In this document: positions 13,306 through 25,627 of the stretch, piece after piece
Layout: each line of letters opens with the position of its first letter
Numbering within the stretch: the stretch's first letter is position 1
Source: Utricularia gibba
Lineage: Eukaryota; Plantae; Magnoliophyta
Assembly (NCBI GenBank): GCA_002189035.1
Contig: NEEC01000021.1
Span: forward strand, 1,550,001 to 1,614,000
Length of the DNA stretch: 64,000 bases
Direction of reading: 5' to 3'
Notes under the pieces: generated by a model
The model's input: the letters and a program-made list of their open reading frames with translations, nothing else
What the model was told of the DNA's origin: nothing
Databases searched by the model: none
Made by a program: the position numbers and the translations under genes

Positions 13306-14340
13306 TCAGTCGTTGGAGTGAAACTTGGAGGACGTGGTGCAACCTCCCCAGCAGGATCTGCGTGGTACTTGGTCTAGAGATATCGCCGCCGTGAATGAGG
13401 CTGAGGAGAAATGGTGCCCGGGCTCCGGTGGCGACCCTGAAAACAAAAGCTTTTTGTTTAATCTTGTTGGGTTTTGCATGGAATGTGGAAATCTGAATCA
13501 CTACTCGACATGTTTTCGGATGGGGAGTTGGCGTCTGAAGGGTTTTCAATCTGAGATTTACTACTTGTTGCCTCGTTAGCCCGCTGCGATTTCCGGCGAC
13601 GGCGGTTGTGGTCCGCTAGCCTTTTCCGGCAACTCCTCTTGCCGTTGTCGAATTCTGACAGCACGTGGAATCTGAACCACACACCCAAAAAAATAAAGGA
13701 AAGCTCATACAACGTGTACGAGGAATAAAGAAAAGCAAAGAAATGAAAGCAATTATTAACCTGCTACATTGTTGACAGAATCGTTGCGTGAGGCCGCCGG
13801 CGACTACGGTGGCGGCTTTCGAGTGAAACTCACAGACCTTATGACGGCGGTGGTAGTGCTTGGCGTGGCTTAGATCGGCGTTGCAGCCGTCGGTTTGGCA
13901 CCGCTGGACATTAGCAGTGCCGGAATCCAAAATCCTCGACCCGCGGTAGAGGCGGGTGACGAAATCATCCTCCGCGGAAGCAAAGTATGTCCGACCCCCT
14001 AGATTCAAACCTAAGCTGCTGCTAAACTCAAACCCGCTGCCGGCAGGCTCCGCCTTCGGCATCACCATGTAAGCCATCGGAAAACTCGGTTCAAGGCTCA
14101 GCATTGACGGGTTATGGTACGGCTGCACCCCGCCGGCATCGTAGAAACCTTGCAATTAGCATCAGGGTGTCCATGGAACGGTACCGCGTTCGGACCTCCG
14201 GCTCCGGCTCCAAATTGAGCTTCAGGATTAACATAGGTCGCAGCCTGGGAATAATTCTGTAAACCGTAGGGGTCATAAACGGGGAGGTTATCGGATTCTT
14301 GGCCGGTTTCCGCGCCGGAAACCCATCCATAATCCAGCAT
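13306..14340 (-). CDS. SPL8: SQUAMOSA promoter-binding-like protein 8
   Basis: MLDYGW start, the SPL8-type [23 protein letters not shown] motif, and SBP domain [29 protein letters not shown]...RFCQQCSR|[27 protein letters not shown]. Three exons; one -1 frameshift near 14160. Confidence 0.92.
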
Positions 14341-16401
14341 CTTCCTTTCTCTAAGCGAAAACCCAGATCACAAACCGCAGATAGGACCGGAATCTCAACA
14401 GAAGATAAAAACTTTTTAGTGAAGGAGGGGAAATTTGTCAGCTTTAACCACAGAACAAGAGCGGGAGAGTACAGAAACAAAAAGGCTGTCAAAAATGCTA
14501 CCTTTTATTTCTCCTCTTCTTGTTTCAGTGCAACTCAAGAGCTAGAAGTGTGTGAGAACACGAAATGGGTGTAGGAAAAAAGCAAGCTTTAGGAGCCATA
14601 ACTGCTGACATTTGAGAAATTTGAGGTTATCCCCCACGTAGGAAGCACAGGGAGGATTTACTGCATTGTGGGTTGGAGAGAGAGAGAGAAGAAACCATAC
14701 GACACCAAAACCCTAGACGACAGGGAAGAAAAGTGGAGCTATGAGTGATGAGAATCCTCTTCTCAGCATCACATTTCAATTAATTAATTAATTTATTCAT
14801 CAGGGCATCCTTTTATTCTCCTTTCTCTCTCTAGAACTACGCAGAGAGACCCAAGTAAAGGAGTTAGGTTGCTCTCGACAGGCTGTCCATCATTTTGGCT
14901 TCTGATGAAGTTACCCAATTGCCCTCCAAGAGCTATGATGCTACTCCATATGATATGAGGAGGGCGGATCCCCGAGTCCGACACGTATCGGTTCCTTCCA
15001 GCGGTTGGAATTTGTGGAAAATATTATTTTAAAGAGAAAAAATGATGTCTTGGAGGATGTTGGAGTATACGAAGCCCAAGTGGGTAGGGTAATCATCGGA
15101 GAATGAAGGAGACGCGTGAGAGTGCGGGCCTTGCAAAAAAAAAAGTTACCTGGGTGCGGGTGGGCCTCCACGCGGAAGAGCGGCGCGTGCGGAAACAACA
15201 TTAGACTTTCGAAAGTATTGCTACATCTGGCGACGGCGGCGCGTCACATTGATGGAGTACGCTGAGTGACACAAGGGTTGTGTTGTGATTCCGAAATTGA
15301 CGATCGCCGATCATCGATCAGTATCGATTTTTTTGTTTTAAAAAGAATACAAATTTAAAAACGGACAAGAATGATAGGTTGCTGCACTGTATTTCAAATT
15401 TCCTGAAGCCATGGACACGCCTGGGACCCATTGCATTAACTTCCATCTATCTGGTGCAAAAGGAATCTCCATAGGAATTACCTCCTTTGACTGTGGGTTT
15501 CACTTTGAAATCTACGCATGGGAAGGGACACGGGGACACGCGGATACGAACTTGTAAGGGGAGTCTTTTCAAGAATTCGAAGTGTTACGATCCCAACTAT
15601 GGCATAGAGCACAAATCACACTAGAATTGCTATACTAAACCTATGTGCAAATAAACCACTGTAGAATCCATACGGTGAAAATTTTCGAACCTAACTGGAT
15701 GAAATTTAGGAGCCCTACATTCTAATTTATGGTACGCACTGATTGGAAGGCCTAACATTTCCTAGAACATGGATGCATGAGTCCACGTACGGCTGTAGGA
15801 TGACAGGTTTTGAAAGGAATTATGTGGGGTGTTTTGATGTTGTGAGAGCATGGCCTGATGCTTTTTCTGGTGATCATTTTCTCTGGATGTAGTCGAAAAT
15901 GAAGGTTGGCAGATCCAACACAAAGAGACAAAAGGAGTTCTGAAAGCTCTCAGGTGAAAGCAACCAGGTGCACATGCTGATACATAGCAGACCTTAAATG
16001 TTGTGTGCACGTTCATTCGTTCATGCATCAGGACGCTCTCATTCTGACAAACAGGGTTCTTCCCTGTCCTGTACATGGAGAGGATACATGTTGGACCTGA
16101 CTCACATCAACCGTGAGGTACTTGATGGGGCTGGTAGAAGAAGATGGAACCAGGGTTGATGGCCTGTAGAGCGGATTAGGGTTTGGAATTGATGACCTCA
16201 ATAGGCATGGGAGTTGGATATGGATACCAAAATCCCTTTTCGAATAACAAAAAAGCAAAGCTTTTGAGGAGATTTGCAGACAACCAGCACAGCAGAAATG
16301 TGCATCAAGGACACCGGACACAGGGTGGGCTGGCATCTTTTTGGATTTTGGAGCGGACAGGGAATGATTAGCGGCTAGCGGGTGAATGAAGGGATGGATT
16401 T

Positions 16402-17767
16402 CTAAGACCAATTGGATGGGCTTGGAAGAGGTTCTATCTCATCAAAGATATCCATAGGATGGAAGTCATCTGTGAAGCTGTCCATCAAGACCATGTCGGA
16501 GCTCTCAGGCTTCACTTCATTGGTTCGAGTATTGATGTTTATGTCGACCGGAGATTGTCCCAAGGGGATCTGATCACCAGGCATTGGTTCACCGAAATGG
16601 TTAAAGGCATCCATGAAACATGAATCCCCAAGTCTGGCTAAGGCATCTTGGCTTCCCAGGAAATCCTGTTGCAGTTGGGAGCACGAAGGGAAGGAGAGAC
16701 TAGCAGCTTGTGGCTCGGAGATGAGCATCCTTTCGTCGAAGAGGTCAAAGTGGAACCCTGTGTTCTCGTACGCGCAGCTGATTGGCTGCACGAGCTCTGG
16801 TAATGGAGCCACTTCATATGTCCCTGACGCCGGTGAGTCCAAACTCATGGCCTGCAACAACATGGAAACCCAAGAGAATCAACGCTTGGACGAATGATTT
16901 CGTTACAACAAGGTAGCTTGGCTAAGAAGGATCGCTTTGATTTTTAAAATAGGTTTTTTTTTTTTTTTTTTTACCTGCGCAGTAGGAGCATCGCAAAAGG
17001 CAAGGGAATTTACTTCTTCCATGCTCTCAGGAGCTTTGTTTGGTCGCATCAGGGATGTCCCCTGCATTCGTGATAGCCTCTTCTGCCTGCTGCTCCAGAA
17101 ATTCTTGACATCATTATCAGTTCTTCCAGTCAAATAAGTCGCGATTCTCGCCCATTTGTTCCCAAATTGTGCTTGCAAATCAATCACAGTTCTCTCTTCC
17201 TCCGGTGAGAACTTCACCCCACTGCAGGAACAACACAAGTCAAGGAGAATGCGTCAGCAAATCATTGTGATCAGCACTATGCACAATAACGCAAAAGGAA
17301 TATGTCATATCAGTCGGGCATTTCATCATACACGCTGCAAACAGATGAACACCTAGACGAGAAAAATCAGCTATGGATTCTCCAGCAAGTTTCCAAGAAC
17401 AATCAACATCTGAATCTCAGTCTAATCACATCACCATAAGGAATCAAATAAAGGCAACATAAAACCGGATTAAACACAGTAGAAACAGAGCACCAGATCC
17501 GAAATTGAGAAAACCAGCAAAAAACGCACAATTGCAACACACGTACTTCTTCAGATCGGGACGGAGTTTGTTCACCCACCGGAGACGACAAGATTTTCCC
17601 GTCCTGTTCAACAGGCCTTTGGATCGAATGGAGCTCCAGTCCCTCGGACCATTCCTCTTCACATGATTAACCAAAATCTGATCCTCTTCCGGCTTCCACG
17701 GACCTTTCTTCACCTCATCCACTTCATGACACCTGATCATCTTCCTCCTCCCTCGCTCCATCACCAT
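16402..17767 (-). CDS. DUO1: R2R3-MYB male germline regulator DUO POLLEN 1
   Basis: Exons 17767-17547, 17221-16975 and 16851-16402 give KKGPWKPEED...GPRDWSSIRSKGLLNRTGKSCRLRWVNKLRPDLKNGVKFSPEEERTVIDLQAQFGNKWARIATYLTGRTDNDVKNFWSSRQKRL and an acidic C-terminus DDFHPMDIFDEIEPLPSP. Confidence 0.93.
17618..17638 (-). promoter_or_regulatory. miR159 target site in the DUO1 coding sequence
   Basis: The sense strand reads TGGAGCTCCATTCGATCCAAA, complementary to miR159 (UUUGGAUUGAAGGGAGCUCUA) with two G:U pairs and one mismatch. Confidence 0.85.
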
Positions 17768-18792
17768 CTGTCCACGAACTTCATTCTCTTCAATCACAGG
17801 AATTCACATAAAGATCGGCACTCGGAGGAGGTTCATGCATGCGAGAATGTAGGGCATGTGCTAGATTTTCTCCTTAATTCTTTTTCTTTTTTTTTTTCGT
17901 TTCAGGGACTCATGAAGGCGGTGACGGTTGAGGCGGCGGTTATCTTCCCACTCTTCCGATATTTTCTCGCTTAGAGTAAGTGACGAAAATACCCTCCTAG
18001 AAGTAAAACGCACGATCGCGGCAAGGGTGATGTACGTGAACCAGCCCATGTGCGAAATGGGCCCCAGACTCATTTAACCATAAATTCCAATTATATTTTA
18101 TTTAAAGTAACCATAAACTTTATCCTTTCCCCTTTCTCCACCATGTTTCTGTCACCCCAATCATGAAATGAACTAAATAAAAATAATATTAAAAAAAAGA
18201 GACAAAAACGGCGACACGGAAAGGGACACGGCCAATGCAATTGTTGAAATGATGAACTTGCATTGAATGAGCAGTGGGGACCACCAGATGTTGCAATGAT
18301 TCACTAGAGAATTAAATGATCTGTACTGTTTGAGGGCCCCATACCCATCCTTATCATTTCTCAATCACCACTCCCCTCATTCTTTCCATAATTACGTATT
18401 CCCCCCTCCCTCCCCAAAATATCTCATTTTAGCCCTCGAAATAAAATAAATTTATTAAAAATATAACCACATTAACAAATTCAAGATTATTCTATTTGAC
18501 ACGTGTATCCCAAACATGAATACCGGATATTGTGGTTTTGTGTTGGTATTTAGAAATCTGATTATCTTATTATATGTATGTATGATAAAATTGAACGACA
18601 TCAATGTTAATTTACAAAAAACCCCATTTCGAAATTAATAGAGATAGTGAACCGTAGTGAGACTACTAGTGAGTACAAATGTCCGAAATTGGAAATTTAG
18701 GATTATTTGGTTTTTTTATTAAAAAAGACTAATCCAAAATTGATTGAGTTTCTTGGCCGACCCGAACCCGCAGTTTGTCTAATGATTGCGAA

Positions 18793-18830
18793 GGGATGGG
18801 GTTTGTGGGTGCGGGGGGGGGGGGGGGGGG
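18793..18830 (+). other. G-quadruplex-forming motif ending in a G18 run
   Basis: GGGatGGGGtttgtGGGtgcGGGGGGGGGGGGGGGGGG fits G3+N1-7 x4. Confidence 0.6.
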
Positions 18831-19813
18831 AACACGCAATTAAGGATGTGGGCGCTTTTTTTATTTAAGAAATTCACTTGAAGTCATTTTATTTTAACAT
18901 TAAGAAGAAAATAAATAATAAAACAAAGAATGTGCGGGGCCCGCTCATCCTCACCCCCCATCCACGAAATGAAAATATCAAAAAAAGAATAAGGGACTTG
19001 TATCGAGATTTGAATTGAATTTCAATTCTCTTATTTCATCAAGTAAACACGTCTCATCTCATTGACATGTCCATAGTAATCAATATTTTGTGCATGCATG
19101 CACACAGAATGAGTCTGCATCCCAACCTGATGCCAATGTATTAAATAAGATGATTATTTTAAAAAATAATCATTAGTACATTCTTTTTCATATGCTAAAT
19201 TAAAAAATTTACGCTATAAATAATCATTTTTATCGTATAATGCTATTACATATAAACAGATTTGTAATTCATAAAAAAAGTCAATGATGCTTTACCAGAA
19301 CATAAATTTCATGTTTTGCAGCTGGTTCGGGTTTGTGGTCTGAAACAGAATCATAAAGGGTGGGTGGGTGGTTGGTTCGGACCGCGTTCTCTCTGTCTGG
19401 GTGTTACAGCTTGATTGATGCATGGAATGGAGGAGTCAAGTCAAAAGGGAATTAGACTATGTACGTGGTTATGAGTAAATTTTCATGGAAGCAGACAGAG
19501 TTAATAAATGCAAGTAGACGAAGAGGAGGGGTTGAGAGGCAAATCATTTAAGTTTGAGAGCAGAAATGGCTCTGCCTGCTCGCCTGCCTCCCTCTTCTCT
19601 CTCTGACAAACGCATCATTGGACATCTGCATTGTGTCCATTTCCCTCTCTCTCTGCATCGGGGTAGGTCTCTGTGCCTATGTCCTCCATCCACCCCGAAT
19701 ACCCCTTCGGCAGCCACCTCTTCGCTCTAAAAAGCTGCACCACTCCATTTCTACCCATCTTGTCCCGATCCCAGCCAGTGCACACCTCTCTCAAGGTTTC
19801 GGATTCGACTGGA

Positions 19814-20936
19814 ATGGCGGAGGAAGTTGGATTAGGGCTTAGTTTGAGTTTGGGTTTCCCGGAGAAGCCGCTGTCGCCGCGGGCTGCAACCGTGCCCTTT
19901 CCGTTGAATCTGTTCAGATCCCCCTTGTCGGTGGTGCAGCGGGGGAGTGCTGCGGGTAATCGTGCTTCTTGGGTGAGAAATCTTGTTTCTTTTGCACGTG
20001 GGGTTCTTAGATTTTGATGGATTTCAGATGGGAGTTGCGGGAACCGAGCGGTGTTTCCAGGGATAGATATGAATAGAGCCGCCACGTCGGTGATCGATAG
20101 CGATGAGGACGCGATGGCTTCCTCTCCGAACAGTACGGTTTCTAGTCTTAGTGGGAAGAGGAGCGAGAGAGAGGAGAACGACGGCGAGAGAGGTTCCAGT
20201 TCTCTCGAGATCGATGACGACGGTGGCGACGCGTCGGCGAAGAAGAAGCTCCGGTTGTCCAAGGAGCAAGCGGCGCTGCTTGAGGAAACCTTCAAGGAGC
20301 ACAACACGCTCAATCCTGTAACGTCTCTCTCTTCATCCCTCACCTTCTCAGGGTCCGTTGTTTTCACTCACTGAACGTCCGTTGCCATTTCCGATCGCTG
20401 CAGAAGCAAAAAAAGGAGCTGGCGATTCAGTTGAAGCTTCAGCCCAGACAAGTTGAGGTTTGGTTTCAGAACCGAAGGGCGAGGTTGGTCATTTCCTCAA
20501 CTTTCGAAGGCCATTTTCGTAATTGTCCGCTCCCAAAAGCACCACATATTTGAACCAAGATTCTGCCAAAAAAGAAAAAAAAACGTTCTGAAATCGACTG
20601 CAGGACCAAACTAAAGCAGACGGAAGTCGACTGCGAGTATCTCCGGCGCTGCTGCGACAACCTGACGGAGGAAAACCGCAGACTGCAGAAGGAGCTGACG
20701 GAGCTACGGGCACTGAAGCTCTCGCCGCAGCTCTACATGAACATGAGCCCTCCGACGACTCTCATCATGTGCCCACAATGCGAGCGTGTCAACGTCTCAT
20801 CCACCACGCCATCCTCGACAGTTGGTCCTGCCTCCGCCCGGCAGTCTCCGTACCATCACGCGCACCGCCGGTCAACTCGTGGGCGGCGGCCGTTTTCCCA
20901 TCGCAGCCTCCTGATGCAAATCGCCCCAGGACATAG
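19814..20936 (+). CDS. HD-Zip class II transcription factor, ATHB2/HAT1-4/ATHB4 type
   Basis: N-terminal EAR motif [24 protein letters not shown], homeodomain [25 protein letters not shown]|KQK...VWFQNRRAR|[13 protein letters not shown] and CPQCE motif. The family-like end (PVNSWAAA...DANRPRT*, stop 20934-20936) needs one frameshift near 20865; otherwise the frame runs to 21000. Confidence 0.93.
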
Positions 20937-21475
20937 CCAGCTGTCTTTCCCTTTGTTGCTTCGTGTTTCTAAGTTAGGATTCCGTTGCGTCATATTCTAA
21001 ATATGGACCTAGAGACAAGGCCTTCATAAACTTCGGGCCTTACTCTGAATGGGCTGGGCCGAAATTGGGCTCATGTAAACCCGCTACAGCTTTGTATCCT
21101 TGTGTGGGCGCACCATCAATAAATTAATTTTAATTTTAGTAATAAGAATAAATATGCAGAAAAGATGGAAAATTTACAAGGGCTAAATAATTGTAATAAT
21201 TAATAACGGTTCATTATTTTGTTATTGCGTATTAATTTAATAAATAATTGCGGAGATAATAGAGTAATAATAATAAATAAATATAAATGTTTGCATCCTT
21301 GTTCTCTCTAAGAAACTGCGGTGGTTGTACAGAGGCAGCATTGCTGGGGAGAGTGCAATACCGGCGGATATTCCGATCGAGATTGAAGGCGGCGGAAATC
21401 GGCGGCGGCTTCGTTTGGATAAGGTTGAATATCAATTGCGTTTGAAGAATTTTGAGTGTTGGTGGTTGTTTCAGA

Positions 21476-22264
21476 ATGCGGTGCACAATGCACCCAGGAG
21501 ACATAAGCAGCGACATCGGCGTCTGCGCTTCGTGTCTCCGGGAGCGCCTTTTCTGGTTAATGGTAACGCAGACGGAGCTGAGGCAGCATTCGGGGGAAAG
21601 GGAAATACAGCCGCCCGAATTTCAGTCTTTTCCGCGCTCCGTTTCCCCGTATACATCACGAACGGTGAGCCGCCACCAGCGGTTTTTCAGTACTCCTCAG
21701 GTGATGGGGCCGACGGTGGGAATTGGAGAGGACGAGGGTGAGGAAGAGGAGGAGGTGAGGCAGAGGAAAGGGGTGAAATTCTCGTCGTTGTTTTTTAGGA
21801 TTTTCAGATCGAAATCGGATAAGGTTGATCGGGGTTGCGTCACCGATCCACAAGAATGTTCCACGGTTTCGCCACCGTGGTTGTCATCCATTGTTCCCGG
21901 ACGGGCGAGGATTCCGAATCCAACACTTTCGGCGGCTGATCGTACGATAAAATCAAAGCGACAGCCATGCCGGTATTTCGAACGGGGAACGTCGCGGGCG
22001 AGGATGCCCTACGAGGAAGAAAACGGCGTGGGAGACAAAGTTCCGGCCACACACTGCTACTTGAGTCCTTTAATCCGTCCCAGCCCCAGCCGACAGTGGA
22101 ATCCTGGAGGCACAATGGTTCCTGATGTGTCTGCCGGAAATAAAAGCCAATCGAATTCTCCGGCGTCCAGGCCACGGCTGTCCTCCGCCGCGTCGTTTTG
22201 CCGGAGCCGGTCCCCGAAACTCGCGGGTATTGTTACGGGCGTCCACTACGCCCATGACTTCTAG
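21476..22264 (+). CDS. Intronless uncharacterised plant protein (C..HP...GVCASCLRERL / FPRSVSPY / RFFSTPQV family)
   Basis: MRCTMHPGDISSDIGVCASCLRERL...FPRSVSPY...RFFSTPQV...SAASFCRSRS in ORF 21452-22264; resembles the Arabidopsis At2g44600/At3g60200 type (from memory). Confidence 0.75.
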   Translation: MRCTMHPGDISSDIGVCASCLRERLFWLMVTQTELRQHSGEREIQPPEFQSFPRSVSPYTSRTVSRHQRFFSTPQVMGPTVGIGEDEGEEEEEVRQRKGVKFSSLFFRIFRSKSDKVDRGCVTDPQECSTVSPPWLSSIVPGRARIPNPTLSAADRTIKSKRQPCRYFERGTSRARMPYEEENGVGDKVPATHCYLSPLIRPSPSRQWNPGGTMVPDVSAGNKSQSNSPASRPRLSSAASFCRSRSPKLAGIVTGVHYAHDF

Positions 22265-22884
22265 TTATTCCGGTGACGTTTATTCACCATTAAATTCGCG
22301 CTTTGAACATATTTACCGTACAATGTTTTCCCACCACATTTCAAATAAAAAAAACAATTAAATCCTTTTTTTATTTATATCACGCAAAAACCAATATTTC
22401 ATTTGTATTCACCCCACAAGCTATGAAAATAAAATAAAAAAAAAAAAGCCAACCTCTGATATTATATTTATACTCTTCTATTGGGCTGGTCCATTGCCAT
22501 TTGGGCTTCCGGCCGTTTACTCGGGGCCCAATACCAGCGGAGGTGGGGGCCATGCCAGAATGCGCTTTAACCCCACGTGTCTCGCGGGGCCCAATCCTAC
22601 GCAGCTCCAACGTGGCGCGTTCTGCAAGTGGACAAACGGAGGTGACCCAAAGTGCAATTATTGAATTTCTAGTTGCCCTCTCCTCTTCTTCTCCATCGCC
22701 AATAGAAAAATATATGGCGTACAGCCGTTGTAATATGCCACTGGTTTTGTTGCCGGTGGCCCACACCGCGCTGGAAATAGAAATCCCGACTCCTCTCACC
22801 CCGCCTATTTATGCTTCCCGATCTCCGGTTATTCCAATCATCCCTCATCTTTCCTGCAACCACCACCGGAATTCCCCAGAAACC

Positions 22885-23259
22885 ATGAGAACCGCCGTGG
22901 CGTATATCGCCGGCAGCGAACGCGGCGCTCTCCAGGAGCCTCATTTCCTCGACTCCTGCTTCCTTTGTCATAAGCCGCTCAATCGGAAACGCGATATCTT
23001 CATGTACAGGTGAGAATTTGAGATGGGATGGAATTAAGTTGATTCACAGCCCCTCCGATTCCTGATTTTTCATTTCATGTGCAGAGGAAATACGCCTTTC
23101 TGCAGCCCGGATTGCAGACAAGAACAGATCGATATGGACGAAGCCGGCGAGAGTAGATGGCGGACGGCCAAGAAACCGAGTAACCGCCAGACATCTGAGA
23201 CTTCCACCCAGTCCGACGGCAAGAGATCCGTGAGAACAGCCGCCCTTGCTGTGGCCTAA
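22885..23259 (+). CDS. FLZ: FCS-like zinc finger (FLZ/DUF581) protein, copy A
   Basis: EPHFLDSCFLCHKPLNRKRDIFMYR|GNTPFCSPDCRQEQIDMDE; one GT-AG intron at the conserved YR|G position. Confidence 0.93.
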
Positions 23260-23875
23260 TACACTGAATCACACCCCGTGTATTTTACTGGAATAAAAAA
23301 TGTAAAAAAAAAACACACAATTTTGAATTTCGTGATTTCTATGGATATTTCTTTTATCCTCATCCTAACTCGCAATTCCTACTTAATTTAAAAAGGGTAA
23401 ATCAGACTCAAAAAAGACAATATTTTAAATAAATAAATATCATACCAAGTTAATTATTAATAATATAATTTATATTTTTCTTATATAATAATATATTTTA
23501 AGATATTTATGTAAAGGTACTTTTTTACCCATGGAACCAATGGACGGGAAAAGGAAGGTATAAAGCGGAGGGGTGACCGTGGTTGGCCGCGGGCAGCGGG
23601 CAGATAATTAATTCCCTTCCAAGTCTGCCGTGTGCTTTGTTTTTTTAAGATTGTTGTGGGACCCGATCCTACGCAGCCGCTGTGTGGAGTGATATGCACA
23701 AGGCCAAAACTGTGGGGACTCAAATGCAATAATTGGTGTTTTGTTGCACACGGGCCAATAGAATTGAATAGACAGCCGCTGGTTTTGAGGGGCCCCACAT
23801 TACACGACTCCCATGCTTTCGCCGCTTATTTAAACTGCCGGCATCCGGTTAACTAGATCTGCAGCCACCGGAAGC

Positions 23876-24279
23876 ATGAGGCCCGCCGTCACGTACTTCT
23901 CCGGCCGCGAGTTCGACGCCCACCAACCTCATTTTCTCGATTCCTGCTTTCTCTGCCAGAAGTCGCTTAGTCGGAAAAGCGATATCTTCATGTACAGGTG
24001 AGAAGGTCACATATTCCGTCTCCGTCGCGGAAGAGAGCTTCCTGTTTTTCTTGGTCGGATGCTGAGGTTTTCCTTTTTGTTTCTCGATGACTTTGCAGAG
24101 GAGATACGGCGTTCTGTAGTCCGGAGTGCAGACAAGAACAGATCGATAGGGATGAAGCCGGCGAGAGTAGACGGCTGATTACGGCGGCGAAGAGAGCTAG
24201 TAACCGTCAAGTACCCGAGACTGCCGGTGAGTCGGACGGCAAGAGATCCATGAGAACAGGTGCCCTTGTTGTGGCCTGA
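23876..24279 (+). CDS. FLZ: FCS-like zinc finger (FLZ/DUF581) protein, copy B (tandem duplicate)
   Basis: QPHFLDSCFLCQKSLSRKSDIFMYR|GDTAFCSPECRQEQIDRDE; same intron position; C-terminus SDGKRSMRTGALVVA* versus SDGKRSVRTAALAVA* in copy A. Confidence 0.93.
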
Positions 24280-24984
24280 AACACCAAAGCAAAACTCCTC
24301 CGAGTTTTCACCGGACTACATCTGTAACAAGAAAAAAAACAATTTTGAACACCAACAGGGGCGGAGTTTATTCTCAATTCACGCTACTTTACTTCAGAAG
24401 CTAGTGGTTGTGTGTGTCTGCATGAGATGTATAGCTTACAATTGAAAATACTGAGAACGAGAGATTGAGGGCATGATGGCATCTATCTTCTTTGTCTCAA
24501 GGTAAAGAGCATATGGGACATGCTCTCTACTGCACATCCAATCAGGCATGCTATCTCCACAGTCTCTCCCACCATCCTAAACGAAATCAGACGCCCGAAA
24601 GCACATTTCCCATCAACCAAGACCAAAAGAGAAACCAAAACGATGGCTCCTCACACTAGACAAGGAACTCTTCACTAGCCACACCGGACAAACAGATCCA
24701 GAGAAACGGAAATCGAGGACACAAAATACAAATGGCACAAGGACAGCCAAATTACCTCCGGCGCACCTCCTCCGATCTCAGCTTGAAGAGAAGACTGCTG
24801 CTGCAACGGCCATCTTCCGTATCCAACTAGAAGGTTGGGCTCCAAAAACGGAAGCTGAATTTGGACTGGGCCCATCTTATGCAATTTCTGGCCCACTTGG
24901 AGCAGAAATTAAAAAAGATATCGTACTGGCCGACCTCACAGCTGATACCCGACCCGTGTTCCTACAGCACGAATCGGAATCCAA

Positions 24985-25377
24985 ATGGCCTCAGCCGCCC
25001 CGGCGACGAATCGGAGCGGCCACCTCCTCCGACTGATCCTCTCCTGCCGAAGAATCACAGCACAAGTTACTTGCGAAGCCACAGATTCAATCGTGGCCAT
25101 CGCGTCTTCCTCCGAGGCGGAATTTGAAAAGGATTACAAGGCGAGGCTCCAGCGTTTCCCGCGGTGCAAATTATTTTGGGATTCCAGAACGTCTTCGGCG
25201 ATCGGAGATAAAATTGGTTACCGCTTAGGAGAAATCGGAGTGTCTCAAATTCGAATCGACGTCGATGAGGAGCTCTCACGGCCGGTACACTTCAGGAAAA
25301 TGCTGGGTCCTTTTTATGACGCCGTGAAGCGCCGTGGAATCGCCGTCGACGGCGCTGAGAAGGTGTTTTTGGGATGA
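24985..25377 (+). CDS. uL18-like (ribosomal L18p/L5e family) organellar protein, intronless
   Basis: Intact 130-aa ORF with HLLRLILSCRRITAQV...IVAIASSSE...IGDKIGYRLGEIGV...DEELSRPVHFRKM, resembling the uL18 fold of the plant uL18-like family. Confidence 0.7.
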   Translation: MASAAPATNRSGHLLRLILSCRRITAQVTCEATDSIVAIASSSEAEFEKDYKARLQRFPRCKLFWDSRTSSAIGDKIGYRLGEIGVSQIRIDVDEELSRPVHFRKMLGPFYDAVKRRGIAVDGAEKVFLG

Positions 25378-25627
25378 AGATTTTTATTGTATTGTAAAGA
25401 TAATGTGATTTTGAGATTGAATCAGGTTCACGTTTTATCAGAGAAAATGATTTTAAGGTGGAGATTTTATTGGAAAAAAGAGATATCAAACAGGAAATTC
25501 CAGTGAAAAGGGGGATTTAGGGTAAGGGTTAGGGATTGACCTTTTCTTTTACAATAGCTCCGGCCCCCGCCGCTGCCTCACTTCACTCCACTCCCCTTTG
25601 CGTTGGTCCTTCATTGACACAGAAGTT

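Noticed and set aside
19615-20367. 250-aa minus-strand ORF
   Set aside because: Antisense shadow of the GC-rich HD-Zip II exons; no recognisable motif.
22501-22884. 128-codon in-frame extension upstream of FLZ copy A
   Set aside because: It spans site II elements and the TATA-like TATTTAT at about 22807; copy B has no equivalent. ATG 22885 fits the family.
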